A stretch of 61,067 nt of DNA from a virus (lineage: Duplodnaviria > Caudoviricetes), in IMG/VR virus record IMGVR_UViG_3300042907_000531, positions 1-61,067 of that record; one strand, 5' to 3'. Positions 1 to 11,300 of the stretch are shown here, piece after piece. Under the pieces are notes generated by a model. That model did no database searches, was not told the DNA's origin, and was given only the letters and a program-made list of their open reading frames with translations. The translations under genes were made by a program, and so were the position numbers. Position 1 is the stretch's first letter. Each line of letters opens with the position of its first letter.

Positions 1-178
1 TTTGCTTCTGATCCACGATTCCGACAAGCGGTAGAAAACCGCATGTCAAAAACAAACTTTAATTCATTATAATAAGGATATAAAACATGCCAATTAACGG
101 TGGCGCAGACATTACTGCAGACAATTTCCCATACAGAACAGACACAGGAGCGGGTATCGCAGGCCCAATCGCTGGTGC
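1..178. repeat. Terminal overlap (copy 1) of circular assembly
   Basis: Matches 60890-61067 except C128/A61017 and G148/C61037; spans the scaffold 3' end and capsid 5' start. Confidence 0.95.
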
Positions 179-1481
179 TAACAAGCTCTGGCTTTCGATC
201 TGGTCCGGTGAAACTATTCACGCATACGACGAGTACAATATGTTCGAGTCTATCGTTGATTCAAAGACCATCAGCAACGGCGTTGCTATGGAATTCCCAA
301 TCACAGGTACCGTCAGTCTCAACGCTGCATGGGTAGCTGGTAAGGAACTTATCGGTTCAACCGATGATAGCAAGTCAGCAACAATCGCTGTCAAACTTGA
401 CAAGCGTCCTATTGCTGCTCACTTCGAAATCGACAACGTTGACCTCATGCAAACTCAGTGGGAATTCCGCTCTGAGCTTGCACGTCAAGCTGGTCTCACC
501 CTTTCCAACGCACGTGATAAGCAGATTGCTGCTTACGTTGCAAGAGCAGCAGCTGAAGATATCAGCTTCGTTAGCACCGGATGGGTTGGTACTGATGTTA
601 CCCTTCTAAACACAGATGATCCACGCTCACTTCCATCTGGTCCAGTCTTCCTAAATGGTAAGTTCTTCGACCTCGGTCGTTCAGCTTCCGCCTCAGCAGA
701 TCGCGCAAACGCAGCTCTCCTAGCTCTCCAAGCTTGCGAAGACTTCGTTGTATACCTACAGACGATCAACGCACCAACCGATGGCGTTTACCTCGCTGTC
801 GAACCACGCGCATTCCAAGACATCCGTGCGCTTGGTGTTGCACGTGCATCAACCGAAACCTTCAACATGCAACCAATGTTCGGTGGCGTTGCTCAGGCTG
901 GCGGTCTTGGTGCCGCTCTTGCACAAGGTATGAACGGTCTCACGGACTCACTTGAGTACATGGGTGTTCGTATCATCAAGAGCAATCACCTCCCAACCTC
1001 AAACTTCTCCGGTATCGGTGAAGCGCGTTACAACCTCAACTTCGGTGATGCTGGTGTATGCGGTCTTCTCTTCCAGCGCAACGCAGTTGCATCTCTCAAG
1101 TTGCAAGGTCTCAAGGTTGATACCCTTGACGATATCCGCCGCAACACCACCTTCACTGTCGCAAGCATGATGGCTGGTACTGGCGTTCTTCGTCCAGAAT
1201 GCGCCGCAGTTCTTGTCAAGCCAACCGCAAGCAACTGGTTAGCAACTGAAGTTACTGAAGTAAACTTTGCCGGTGCATCAACAGCTTCACCAGCAAACGC
1301 AAACTTCTTCCTTGGTGGTACCGCCCCAGCTACTGGAAACACAGTAGCAAGCTACCTCCAAGCAGCTGGCTCTGGTGGCCTTGCTGCAACCAAGGCACGT
1401 CACGGCCTTCGTTGCAACTTCGGCTCAACCTTCAGCAGAGAAGTCGTAAACAGCGCAGCAGCAGCCTTCCCCTACGCATAA
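87..1481 (+). CDS. Major capsid protein (T7 gp10-like) with C-terminal extension
   Basis: LWLSIWSGE, KTISNGVAMEFPITG, RSELARQAGLTLSNARDKQI, IIKSNHLP and GTGVLRPECA motifs typical of T7-like capsids; follows scaffold; SD aagga. Confidence 0.93.
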   Translation: MPINGGADITADNFPYRTDTGAGIAGPIAGANKLWLSIWSGETIHAYDEYNMFESIVDSKTISNGVAMEFPITGTVSLNAAWVAGKELIGSTDDSKSATIAVKLDKRPIAAHFEIDNVDLMQTQWEFRSELARQAGLTLSNARDKQIAAYVARAAAEDISFVSTGWVGTDVTLLNTDDPRSLPSGPVFLNGKFFDLGRSASASADRANAALLALQACEDFVVYLQTINAPTDGVYLAVEPRAFQDIRALGVARASTETFNMQPMFGGVAQAGGLGAALAQGMNGLTDSLEYMGVRIIKSNHLPTSNFSGIGEARYNLNFGDAGVCGLLFQRNAVASLKLQGLKVDTLDDIRRNTTFTVASMMAGTGVLRPECAAVLVKPTASNWLATEVTEVNFAGASTASPANANFFLGGTAPATGNTVASYLQAAGSGGLAATKARHGLRCNFGSTFSREVVNSAAAAFPYA

Positions 1482-1534
1482 TTAGTGTAGGACACTTCTA
1501 TTACTCTTGTAATGGATGGGTGATCATATATCTA

Positions 1535-1572
1535 GCCGGGAGTCCTCGAAAGGGGACTTCCGGTTTTTTTTT
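1535..1572 (+). terminator. Intrinsic terminator after capsid (T-phi-like position)
   Basis: GCCGGGAGTCCTC-GAAA-GGGGACTTCCGGT hairpin followed by a T run. Confidence 0.9.
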
Positions 1573-1593
1573 CTTTTTAGAAAGGTAAACAAC

Positions 1594-2253
1594 ATGGGAT
1601 ACTTAACAAAACTAGACGCAGTGAATCAGATGCTGCTTGCTTCTGGAGAATCGCTTGTTGCGGATCTTCAAGAAGCAAGTGGAATTGATACAGGTATTGC
1701 TGAATTCTTATTAGATCAAGCATCGCTTGAATATCAACTACGTGGTTTAGCTAATAACAAACTTATTAAAACAGTTCGACCAGACGATAATGGTCATATT
1801 CTTCTTGGATATCCAAACACCGATTTTGGTGGGGTATTAGATGTTAAATTATTATCACAACACACAACCGAAGATGGTTTAAATATTGTTGCGCGTGTTC
1901 AAGAGGGTAATCCACCAAGGCTTTGGAATATGGTTGGTAACACAGATGTGTGGGATGTTGCTGATTATACTATTGAACAAATTAATTTCTTAACATACAC
2001 ACAACTAGATACCAATACACAAAGAACTATCTTATCATCAGCTACCCGTAAGTATCAATTATACACACAAGCTGATCCAGCTGTTGATAACTACCTAGCT
2101 CAACGTGAAATGATTGATCGTATGCGTTCAAGAGCTAATGATATCTCTACAAAACAAAGAACAATCTGGTCTAATGATGTATCGTATGCAGCTGCAAAAC
2201 GTCCATCATATTTTGGAACAGACCCAGATTCTATTAGACGAGGATCACTATGA
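1594..2253 (+). CDS. Tail tubular protein A (gp11-like)
   Basis: Start reassigned to ATG 1594 (MGYLTKLDAVNQMLLASGE, like gp11 N-termini), downstream of the terminator; synteny. Confidence 0.85.
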   Translation: MGYLTKLDAVNQMLLASGESLVADLQEASGIDTGIAEFLLDQASLEYQLRGLANNKLIKTVRPDDNGHILLGYPNTDFGGVLDVKLLSQHTTEDGLNIVARVQEGNPPRLWNMVGNTDVWDVADYTIEQINFLTYTQLDTNTQRTILSSATRKYQLYTQADPAVDNYLAQREMIDRMRSRANDISTKQRTIWSNDVSYAAAKRPSYFGTDPDSIRRGSL

Positions 2254-4898
2254 AAATAACAATCCCCATTTACTCATTAAGTGGTGGTGTAAGTAGACAA
2301 CCAGATTCAAAACGAACACCGTTTGAAGCACAGGAAATTGATAATTGTTTTGTTACATTAGAAAAATCTATTGAGAAAAGATCTGGTTTTAGGGTATTAG
2401 ATAATTCAACTTCTAATTATGATTTATCATTTCTACCACTAACAGCAGACCCATCTTTTATTTGGTATACAATAGACTCTGACAATAGATATTTAATAAT
2501 TATTGATAGAGCAGCTCAAAGCGCAACGTCTAAACTTCTATACGTTATAAAACTAACTAATGATCGCTGGTCGAATCAAACACAAGACTATCAGTGGGAT
2601 GCCGACGATCCGGTACTAGTGTGGGATGGCTCTACTGCCATTGCTGAAAATGATTTAAGATATCCAATTTATGAGTTATCTCTATTAGAGGGTGGCTTAG
2701 ATACGCCACTTGTAAAATATAATACAATTAAATCTAAAGGAACAATCTCTAGATATTCTAGAGCCTATCTAACTTATTTTGATGGTAATGCATCTGAGAT
2801 TTTAAAGTCTCTTCAGGTTGGTACTTCTATCATCATGTTAAATACTAAAGTATATGCTGGATTTACATCAGGTAAAAACAGTAAACTTTTAAACTTAGAT
2901 GGTATAGAGAATTCAGAAGATGATATTCAAGGAAGAGCTGTAACTTATTTTTCATCTGTTAAAGTGAAGAAAACACAAACAGGTCGTTTATATCCAGAAA
3001 CAACTCTTCTAAATGATGGTGAATTTTGGGATACAAACTTTGGAGCCAAGCAAATTCCGGTAGAAGATTATATCTATGGTGATTTTGATAAACCATGGCT
3101 TGGACAATCTGTTGCAAACTTCTCAGAAATTAGATTTCCACCAGATAAAAATGATTGGATAGCTACAAATAAAAATCTAGCCACAATTCCAGTAAATGAT
3201 AAAGCTACGATAATGTTAGATTCTCTTTATGATCCTAACGCCCCGTTGGGTAATGATCAAAATGGTAGAGGAAAAATTTACTATAGTGCATCTCCATATC
3301 TTTCTGTAGATGCTGGATATTATAGAATTATATCCTTTCCAGAAACAGAAGTTAGTGGAGCAGTTGTTGGTGTGGGTAAACCATATACCCAAAAAGTTAG
3401 AACACCAGACTACTGCAGTATAGTTGATAAGAGAAGAATGCCACAACGTATTCTTTTTAATGATGGTAAATTTGTCGTTTCTCCAATTGACTGGACCCCA
3501 CGAACAATTGGCGATAGAGATACAAATCCAGGACCATCTCCATTTTTAGATTCTAATAGAGAAGCAAGACAAGTTCAATTAACAGCATTAGCTAATTTTA
3601 GAGATAGACTTTTTATTGCTGCTGGTGATGTTTTATTCTCCTCTCAATTAGGTGTACTAGAAGATTTATGGATTAAAGATCCATCAAACATAACCACAGC
3701 AGATCCAATTGATATTAGAGCGGCAAGTAATTCGTATGCTGAAATTACAGCTATGATTCCTTTTAATGCTTATTTATTTATCAACACAAAGTCTAATGTA
3801 CAGTTTGAATTAAAGGGAGACAGTAATTTAATTTCTCCGTTAACGGCAGAAGTTTCAGCAACTACCTTTTACTCAACAGCTGAATTAGTAGACCCAATTA
3901 GTCTGGGTAGTAATATTTATTTCTGGGATGCACATAGATTATACATTTATTTGAATCAAGATAGTAGAGAATTTAATACAGCATTTGAGTTATCACTAGG
4001 AATTGAAGGTTACTTACCATCAAACTTTCAATCAGTTACTGTTGCTACAGCTAACAATCAATTAATTGCTGTTGATAGAGATCATTTAAATCATTTATAT
4101 TTTTATGGTTCTAGATTCATGGGTAATGAAATAAGACAATCAGCGTTTTGGAGATATGTTTTATCTGATATAGAAAGCATACTAAGTATTAATACATATA
4201 AAACACTTGTGTATGCAATTACAAAAAGAAAAACAAATGAAGCATCTGCGTGGTATTTACTTGTTCACGACTTAGAGGATAAAGATAATCCACGATTAGA
4301 TAATTTCTCAGATATTACATTAACAGAAGCTAACTGTACATCTGATGGTATGACATCAACTCTTTTTGTTCCATATATTATGGATACTAGTAAAGATATT
4401 TATATTGTTTTAGAAGAAGACTGGAATAACTTAGCTGGTTCTGTCTTTAAATCTTCTACTAGTAAAGTAGTTGGTTTTGGAACAGAACTTACAATTTCTG
4501 GTATAAAGTTATCAAGTTATCTAGGTAAGACTTTGTTTGTTGGCTCTTCATATCAAATGAATGTAGAACTTTCTAAACAATATTACAGACAGAACGATGG
4601 AAATATTATTGAGGGTGTTTCAAATCTTAAAACATTACACCTTCGCCACAATAATACAGGTACTTATCGCGTAGAAGTCACAAGACGGGGTAGACAGCTA
4701 CCACTTATTAGTGAGTTTTCTGCAACTAATTTAGAAACAACAGAATACACAGAAGGCAATGGAACATTTGTTGCTAAAATATTTGGCTTTTCTGATGAAA
4801 CTTCTATTCGTTTAGTATCTGATGGTATTACTCCTTGTAATATAACTCAACTAGAGTTTAGAGGAACATTCAATAAGAAATCAAAATCCTTGAGATAA
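2250..4898 (+). CDS. Tail tubular protein B / nozzle (gp12-like)
   Basis: SLSGGVSRQPD, NCFVTLEKSIEKRSG, W-TPRTIGD-NPGPSPF, FRDRLFIAAGD and DPIDI motifs; size and synteny. Confidence 0.9.
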   Translation: MKITIPIYSLSGGVSRQPDSKRTPFEAQEIDNCFVTLEKSIEKRSGFRVLDNSTSNYDLSFLPLTADPSFIWYTIDSDNRYLIIIDRAAQSATSKLLYVIKLTNDRWSNQTQDYQWDADDPVLVWDGSTAIAENDLRYPIYELSLLEGGLDTPLVKYNTIKSKGTISRYSRAYLTYFDGNASEILKSLQVGTSIIMLNTKVYAGFTSGKNSKLLNLDGIENSEDDIQGRAVTYFSSVKVKKTQTGRLYPETTLLNDGEFWDTNFGAKQIPVEDYIYGDFDKPWLGQSVANFSEIRFPPDKNDWIATNKNLATIPVNDKATIMLDSLYDPNAPLGNDQNGRGKIYYSASPYLSVDAGYYRIISFPETEVSGAVVGVGKPYTQKVRTPDYCSIVDKRRMPQRILFNDGKFVVSPIDWTPRTIGDRDTNPGPSPFLDSNREARQVQLTALANFRDRLFIAAGDVLFSSQLGVLEDLWIKDPSNITTADPIDIRAASNSYAEITAMIPFNAYLFINTKSNVQFELKGDSNLISPLTAEVSATTFYSTAELVDPISLGSNIYFWDAHRLYIYLNQDSREFNTAFELSLGIEGYLPSNFQSVTVATANNQLIAVDRDHLNHLYFYGSRFMGNEIRQSAFWRYVLSDIESILSINTYKTLVYAITKRKTNEASAWYLLVHDLEDKDNPRLDNFSDITLTEANCTSDGMTSTLFVPYIMDTSKDIYIVLEEDWNNLAGSVFKSSTSKVVGFGTELTISGIKLSSYLGKTLFVGSSYQMNVELSKQYYRQNDGNIIEGVSNLKTLHLRHNNTGTYRVEVTRRGRQLPLISEFSATNLETTEYTEGNGTFVAKIFGFSDETSIRLVSDGITPCNITQLEFRGTFNKKSKSLR

Positions 4899-4900
4899 CT

Positions 4901-5806
4901 ATGCCAACCAATCAAACACAAGTTACGACAGCCGTACAAACAACATACTCTTTACCTATGTCTTTTTCAGCTTTAACGCTGGCATCCGGCATTGGAACAA
5001 AAGAGCAACTTTTAGTTTTTAGACCAACGATTGATTCTATTTATGGCAGTACTCTTACTGTTTCTGATTATCGTGGATTAGGTCAAGTTGCTTCTGCGTG
5101 GTTAGGGATTAATGAAAACACAAGACAAATTATATCAATTACTATTCCTCCAACAGCTACTTATATTCTAAGTAACGGAACGTCTATTCCATACCCCACT
5201 ATGGTATCGGCTGAACCACTAATTATTCAGCGTTCTGTAATTACATCAGAACCTTATGTTGATTGGGTAACTGGATCTCGCATTACAGCTGATCAGTTAA
5301 ATTTAAATACTGAACAACTCTTAGCTATTTCTCAGGAAATAAAGAATGACTTATCAAATAAGATTGGTCGATCTGATTTTGATTCAGTACTTAATCCACT
5401 CATAGAAGATTTAAACTGCGGTGTTAAAAAATTAACTAATGTAGCTACACCCGTAGCAAATTCCGATGCTGCAACAAAAGCTTACGTAGATACTCTTATT
5501 AATACGCTACTTACAGCCAAGCTAGGACAGCCAAATGGCATTGCAACATTAGATGCAGGCGGCATTTTAACAACATCACAACGCTCATCATCTACATCCA
5601 TACTACCATCTACATTCTTTTCAAAAGCAACTGCTCCAGTAAGAACAACGGGTGGAGATGGTTTATATTCCCACGGATCTTTGTGGTTTAATACAACGAC
5701 TGGTCGTTTGTTTGTATACGCACCAGACGATAGATACACAGGGCTTCCTAATACACATAATGGAGATATCGGCTATTGGGTTGATGTCTCTTCACCAGCA
5801 CAGTGA
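4901..5806 (+). CDS. Tail fibre adaptor with T7 gp17-like N-terminal domain
   Basis: VDWVTGSRITADQLNLNTEQLLAISQE resembles the gp17 N-terminal anchor; DAATKAYVD and GSLWFNTTTGRLFVY fibre motifs. Confidence 0.75.
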   Translation: MPTNQTQVTTAVQTTYSLPMSFSALTLASGIGTKEQLLVFRPTIDSIYGSTLTVSDYRGLGQVASAWLGINENTRQIISITIPPTATYILSNGTSIPYPTMVSAEPLIIQRSVITSEPYVDWVTGSRITADQLNLNTEQLLAISQEIKNDLSNKIGRSDFDSVLNPLIEDLNCGVKKLTNVATPVANSDAATKAYVDTLINTLLTAKLGQPNGIATLDAGGILTTSQRSSSTSILPSTFFSKATAPVRTTGGDGLYSHGSLWFNTTTGRLFVYAPDDRYTGLPNTHNGDIGYWVDVSSPAQ

Positions 5807-5813
5807 GGTAAAC

Positions 5814-7247
5814 TTGGCTATTAATTTTCCAAACTCTCCCAATAACGGAGACACATATACAGAGGGTACTGTTCAATGGCAGTACTCAAGTTTAAATAAC
5901 GCTTGGACTATGATTACAACGGGTGTTGTTGGTGTTGATAACGGAACAAACCACGATCAAGAAGTATTATTTTTAGATCGTAATGTAAGTAATCAAAATA
6001 TTCCAACAGCTGGTGTTGGTTTTACTTATAATCCAAGCACACGAACAGTTGTTATTAAGGGCGCAACATCACAAAGTAATAACTTAATTGAACTAACAGA
6101 TAATGCTAATGTAGTATTAAATTCATTTAATCAGAGAGGTATTTTATCTAAAGCTGGTAGAGTTTATTATCAATCCACTACACCAGACGTTAATTCTGCT
6201 GATATTGGACAACTTTGGTATAACACTAGTAATAATACACTAGTAATTTGGAGTGGTACCGCTTGGAATTCGGTTGGTAGTGGTGTAGATATTACAACTA
6301 GTCAAATAATTACAGGAGCTAAGACATTTAGTTCTAGTTCTGGATTAACACTTGCTACTTCGTGTTCATTAGTTGGAGAATCTAGTTTACTTTTTAAGCC
6401 CTCTAATACATTAAGTCTAACACTATCTAATACAGCAGCAAATTTTGCAGTACCCATTAACTTTTCTGCGGTTGGTGCGGACGTTAAAAACGCTGTTGTT
6501 ACTAAAGCAGATACCATGACAGTTGATGGTGTGAAAACCTTCTCTGGTACTATTAATGCTAGTTCTGGTATTCTATTAAACTCTAGTTCGGGGTTAAGTA
6601 GAATTTTTAGTTCTGCCACTACCAGTCCTGGAGCTAATACAGATAGTATTATTTTACAACCAACTCAAAGTTCATCTGGAAGATATATTCGTTTATATAG
6701 TAACCATGAAACCTTAGAAACAACCGGTATTACTATTAGACCAAAGAATGAAAATAACCAAGGTGCTTTAAATGTTATTGGAAATACTAAGATTACTGGT
6801 GATTTAGTAATTACTGGTAATCTTAGCTCTGGAGCAACAACTGCAACAATAGGAGCTACATCAATTGGTAGTTTTAAATCGCAGAGTGGTAGTGGCGTTG
6901 GAAATATAAACGTAGTTCCTAAAGCAATAGGACCACTTACATTTGCCCATACACTAGATACAGCAACTTGGCTTCCTACAGTAAACGTAACTAATAGTTC
7001 TCCGGTCGCCGTCTCATTCTATTATAAACGCGATCAAGTACAAATTATTAGTGGAGTTAGTACTTATACATATGGAATTACATTATTTGTGTTAAATGGA
7101 AACAGTACAATATCAATTCCTATTACAAATATTGCGGGCATGAGTGCTGGACCTTATACTAAAACATCATTGACATCTAGCCCAACAGTAATTAGTTTAG
7201 TTAATCTAGAAAATTCACCAGTAGTTACGAGTTTTATTATATGCTAA
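5814..7247 (+). CDS. Tail fibre / receptor-binding protein
   Basis: Probable TTG start at 5814 after SD gaggt (MAINFPNSPNNGDTY); GQLWYNT, QIITGAKTF and TVDGVKTF fibre repeats. Confidence 0.7.
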   Translation: MAINFPNSPNNGDTYTEGTVQWQYSSLNNAWTMITTGVVGVDNGTNHDQEVLFLDRNVSNQNIPTAGVGFTYNPSTRTVVIKGATSQSNNLIELTDNANVVLNSFNQRGILSKAGRVYYQSTTPDVNSADIGQLWYNTSNNTLVIWSGTAWNSVGSGVDITTSQIITGAKTFSSSSGLTLATSCSLVGESSLLFKPSNTLSLTLSNTAANFAVPINFSAVGADVKNAVVTKADTMTVDGVKTFSGTINASSGILLNSSSGLSRIFSSATTSPGANTDSIILQPTQSSSGRYIRLYSNHETLETTGITIRPKNENNQGALNVIGNTKITGDLVITGNLSSGATTATIGATSIGSFKSQSGSGVGNINVVPKAIGPLTFAHTLDTATWLPTVNVTNSSPVAVSFYYKRDQVQIISGVSTYTYGITLFVLNGNSTISIPITNIAGMSAGPYTKTSLTSSPTVISLVNLENSPVVTSFIIC

Positions 7248-7516
7248 CTGTTGAACAACTCTTAACGGTTATTACAGCTGTTGTAATTCCAATCTCCTTA
7301 TCCACATATTGGATAGCAACAAGATTATCTGCTGTAGAAACAGTCTTAAAAATTCAAAAAGAAATTACAGAATTAGAACAAAGACAAGTATTATATCGGG
7401 TTGATAAACTTGAAAAACATGTACATGAGATTAGAAATGTATTACAAGCTTTAACATTTAAACTAATGAAAGGAGATACATTAGATGATGATTTTAAAAC
7501 TCCTACTATCCTGTAG
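7241..7516 (+). CDS. Small membrane protein (one N-terminal TM plus coiled coil), possible lysis-module protein
   Basis: Hydrophobic LLTVITAVVIPISLSTYWIA followed by a heptad-like region. Confidence 0.5.
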   Translation: MLTVEQLLTVITAVVIPISLSTYWIATRLSAVETVLKIQKEITELEQRQVLYRVDKLEKHVHEIRNVLQALTFKLMKGDTLDDDFKTPTIL

Positions 7517-8102
7517 TTTTTTAATAGGGTGTTCATCCGTAAAGAAAATTCAAGCTGGTTCAAATGCAATTAATACTTCATCAACCGTTACAACTAAAGT
7601 TTTAGAGGAAATAAAAGAAGCGGCAATTGTTAGTGAATCAAGTTTAGAGACAATTTCTGAAGCTGCTAAAGAAACACCAAAAGCCAAAGAGATTGAGCAC
7701 CACGCTATTATCGCTACAAAAGCCCAGCATACGATCATTGAAAGATCTAATCAGGGGCTTTTAGAACAGGCCAAAATTGCTACGACAGTTAAAGAAGTAA
7801 TTGAAGCTACATCCTCGGTAGAGGATTCAGAACCGTGGTGGTCTAATTTACTACAGTATTTAGCTGCAGCTATTATTAGTTTAGCTGTTGTTTTTATTCT
7901 TTGGCAAACTGGTATTGGATTATTATTTAGACGTTTAATCAATTTTATCCCGGCTACGAAACAAGAAGAAGCAAAGATATTAGATGAAGCAATGTCTAAG
8001 GAATCTGATACAACTATCCGGGAAGCTGTGGCAATGCTAAGGGCTAAAGATCCAGAGCTAAATGCTGCATTTAAACGGAGAAAGAAACGTGCCAAACTAT
8101 AA
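7485..8102 (+). CDS. Lipoprotein with C-proximal TM helix; candidate unimolecular spanin
   Basis: Lipobox FLIG-C at residue 16; TM LLQYLAAAIISLAVVFILW near residues 122-140. Confidence 0.5.
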   Translation: MMILKLLLSCSFLIGCSSVKKIQAGSNAINTSSTVTTKVLEEIKEAAIVSESSLETISEAAKETPKAKEIEHHAIIATKAQHTIIERSNQGLLEQAKIATTVKEVIEATSSVEDSEPWWSNLLQYLAAAIISLAVVFILWQTGIGLLFRRLINFIPATKQEEAKILDEAMSKESDTTIREAVAMLRAKDPELNAAFKRRKKRAKL

Positions 8103-8373
8103 ACGTACTAATATCAGCCTTCAGGCTGTAGATTTACGTGGACGTATATCTCGCGTATATACTAATAGTAATGGCGATCTTGTATTTGAATTTGCGACTG
8201 GTCAGATAACAGTAATTTCTGGTGGCGGTGGAACAATCGTATCGGATGTATTAGATGGCGGTAATTCAACAGCTGTAAATACAACTGATATAGATGGTGG
8301 AAACGCCACAGCAATAAATGTTAATGATTATAATGGAGGAGATTCAGGTGCAGTTATTATATTCCCACTATAA
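8089..8373 (+). CDS. Small virion-associated protein with DGG repeats
   Basis: GTG start after SD ggag; LDGGNS, IDGGNA and YNGGDS repeats. Confidence 0.55.
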   Translation: MPNYKRTNISLQAVDLRGRISRVYTNSNGDLVFEFATGQITVISGGGGTIVSDVLDGGNSTAVNTTDIDGGNATAINVNDYNGGDSGAVIIFPL

Positions 8374-8382
8374 GGATATTAA

Positions 8383-11300
8383 ATGGCTAATGACTTAATT
8401 AGAATAAGACGCGATACATTTGCTAACTGGCAAACAGCTAATCCAACTTTATTCTTAGGTGAAATTTCCTACGATCAGACTAATAATGCAATTAGAGTTG
8501 GAAATGGAACCACACCGTGGCTTCAATTACCAGTAATTGGAACTGCTAATCTAGCTGATGGAAATAAGGGAGATATTGTTGTATCTTCTAATGGAACTGT
8601 TTGGAGTTTATCATCAGCTGTATTGGCTGATTTAAATTCAAAATTAGAAGCTAATGCTTTAAACTTGGGAACATCAACAAGCCCCTCTCCTACAGCATTA
8701 CAAATTAGAAGTGGACAAGCAAACAGTTGGAATTCTGTTGTACTAGCACTAGGTGAAATTGGGTTTGATAGGACACTCAATGAAATTAGAATTGGTGATG
8801 GTACAACACTCTGGGAAAATTTAAATCCAATCGGATTAAATAAATTACAGAGTTTTACACTAGAACAAATAGGTGACGTTGAGTATATTAACTCTCCAGC
8901 TATTGATCAGGTTTTAACGTATGATGGAACAAACTGGACTAATGGTCAAATAACCTTTCCAACGTTGGGTTTAGATGACTTAAATAATGTAACGGTAACC
9001 TCACCAAGTGCATCACAGGTTTTACAATATAATGGTGCAATTTGGTTAAATGCAGCATTGCCACCAACTGTTGCAGAAATACCAGCTGGAATTAAAAATG
9101 ATATTACAGTTATAAATCAAACTAACTGGGAAATTACTGATGACTCTGTTACTCAAGCTAAACTTGCATTAGAATTACCTATTAATCTGTGGGATGCTTC
9201 TACAAAAGAATACACAGATATTATAGCTGGGTTAACAATTACAACACTAGAAGATCAGTATGGTCAACCAAATGGACCAGCTATCTTAAATGCCTCTAGT
9301 AAGATTCCTACAATAAATCTAGGAACTGGTACAGCTGATGTTGATTCCTTTTTACGTGGGGATGGAACATGGCAAGCTTTAGATCTTAATGCTTTGGCCG
9401 CTGATATCCCCATTTTACCGGCTGGCTTACAGGCATCAGGTATTGGTGGTAGAGTTTTAATAAGTAGTCTATTGACTCAAGCTGGAGCGAATACACAGGA
9501 AACAGTATATGGTCTATTTATAGATACACCTACTATAGACGCGACTTTTGAAGATCGTTCTATAGGTACTCCGACAACAACAGCGAAGTGGAAATTTGAT
9601 GTTAAGGATTCTTCCATAACACTTGCAAAATTTGCACCAGAGATCACTGCGGCTGGTAAGGCTTTGTTAGATGATGTTGATGCTGCCGCTCAGAGATCAA
9701 CGCTTGGTCTTGGAACAGCAGCTACACAGGCTTCTACGAGCTTTGCTAATGCAACCCACACTCATGCCATCGCAGACGTTACTAACTTACAGAGCACTCT
9801 AGACGGTAAAGCTGCGACAATGCATAGCCATGCCATCGCAGACGTAACTGGTCTACAAACCGCATTAAATTTAAAACTTGATACAAGTCAAGCCGTCTCT
9901 TCGTTAAACGGCTTAACGGATGTAACACTTGGTACCCCCTCAAGCAATCAAGTTTTAGCTTTTGATTTTAATACTCAACAGTGGAAAAACAGTTCAGTTG
10001 CAACCTTAGATTCTACACTTTATAATACAATTCCTCCAGCTACACCCACAACTGTGGGTAGTTTATATTACAATGCTGATAAAAGTTCACTTGCAACACC
10101 ATTAAGTGCATCTGTTCTTTCACTATTTGGTCAAACATCACATATAAGAGTATGGAATCCAAATGCGGCAATAGCTAAGGGTGTTGTTGTAAGAGTAACC
10201 GGTAGTCATAGTAATTCCGAAATAAAAATTGGATTAGCTAATGCTACTACAGAATCTACAGCCGCTACTACAATAGGTATAACAGCTGAAATTATAGATC
10301 AAAATACCTCTGGTTACATAATAACATCCGGTCTTTTACGGGGTATTAATACACTGTCACTGGGTAGTGTTGGTGATCTACTGTGGTTAAATACTATAGA
10401 CGGTGGAATAACAAACACCAGACCATCAGCACCTAATCACGGTGTCTTCTTGGGCTGGCTAGTAAAAAGTGCTGGTGGTGCTGGTGAGATCTTCGTTAAA
10501 GTAGATAATGGTTCAGAACTAGAGGAACTCCACGATGTAACGATTACGAATCCAGTTTCTGGCCACGTATTAAAATATAGTGGAACAATTTGGGTTAATA
10601 GTGCGATTGCCATCACAGACGTTACTACCTTACAGAGCACTCTAGACGGTAAAGCTGCGACAACGCATAGCCATGCGGCTGGTGACATCACTAGTGGTAC
10701 CCTAGCTACAGTAAGACTGGGTTCTGGTACAGCTAATAATACAACATTCCTCAGGGGTGACAACACTTGGCAAACCGTAAGTAGTGGTGCAACAAACCTT
10801 GATGGTTTGTCAGACGTTATAGTAGCAACTCCAACAACAGGTCAAACTTTAAAATACAACGGTACTGACTGGACTAACACCACGTTAGCTACGTCTGATA
10901 TAACTAGTTTAGATACCACTTTAGCGGGTAAGGCTTCTACAAGCCATACTCACGCCGCTAGCGACATTACCTCAGGTACTATAGCTACAGTAAGACTTGG
11001 TTCTGGTACAGCATCAAGCGGAACATTTTTACGGGGTGATGGTTCTTGGTCAGATTCAACAACATCGTATTTAGCAAGTGACTTAGGTTATCGTGTTAGT
11101 TCATCAGCGGTAAATGCACTAACTGCTTCTTATACCTTAGTTTCATCAGACAATGGAAAGATTATAACTATTAACTCTTCATCACCTACAACAATTACTG
11201 TGCCATCCGGTTTAAGTATAGGCTTTAATTGTACGGTAATTAGGCTCGGAACAGGTACGGTTACGTTTAGTTCTTCCGGTGTAACAATTAATAGTATAGA

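Noticed and set aside
1-178. Biological direct terminal repeat
   Set aside because: It cuts through the scaffold and capsid genes, so it is better explained as circular assembly overlap; true ends are more likely near 35 kb
1516-1593. N-terminal extension of tail tubular A in the ORF track
   Set aside because: It runs through the terminator hairpin and T tract; ATG 1594 has an SD and the family-like N-terminus
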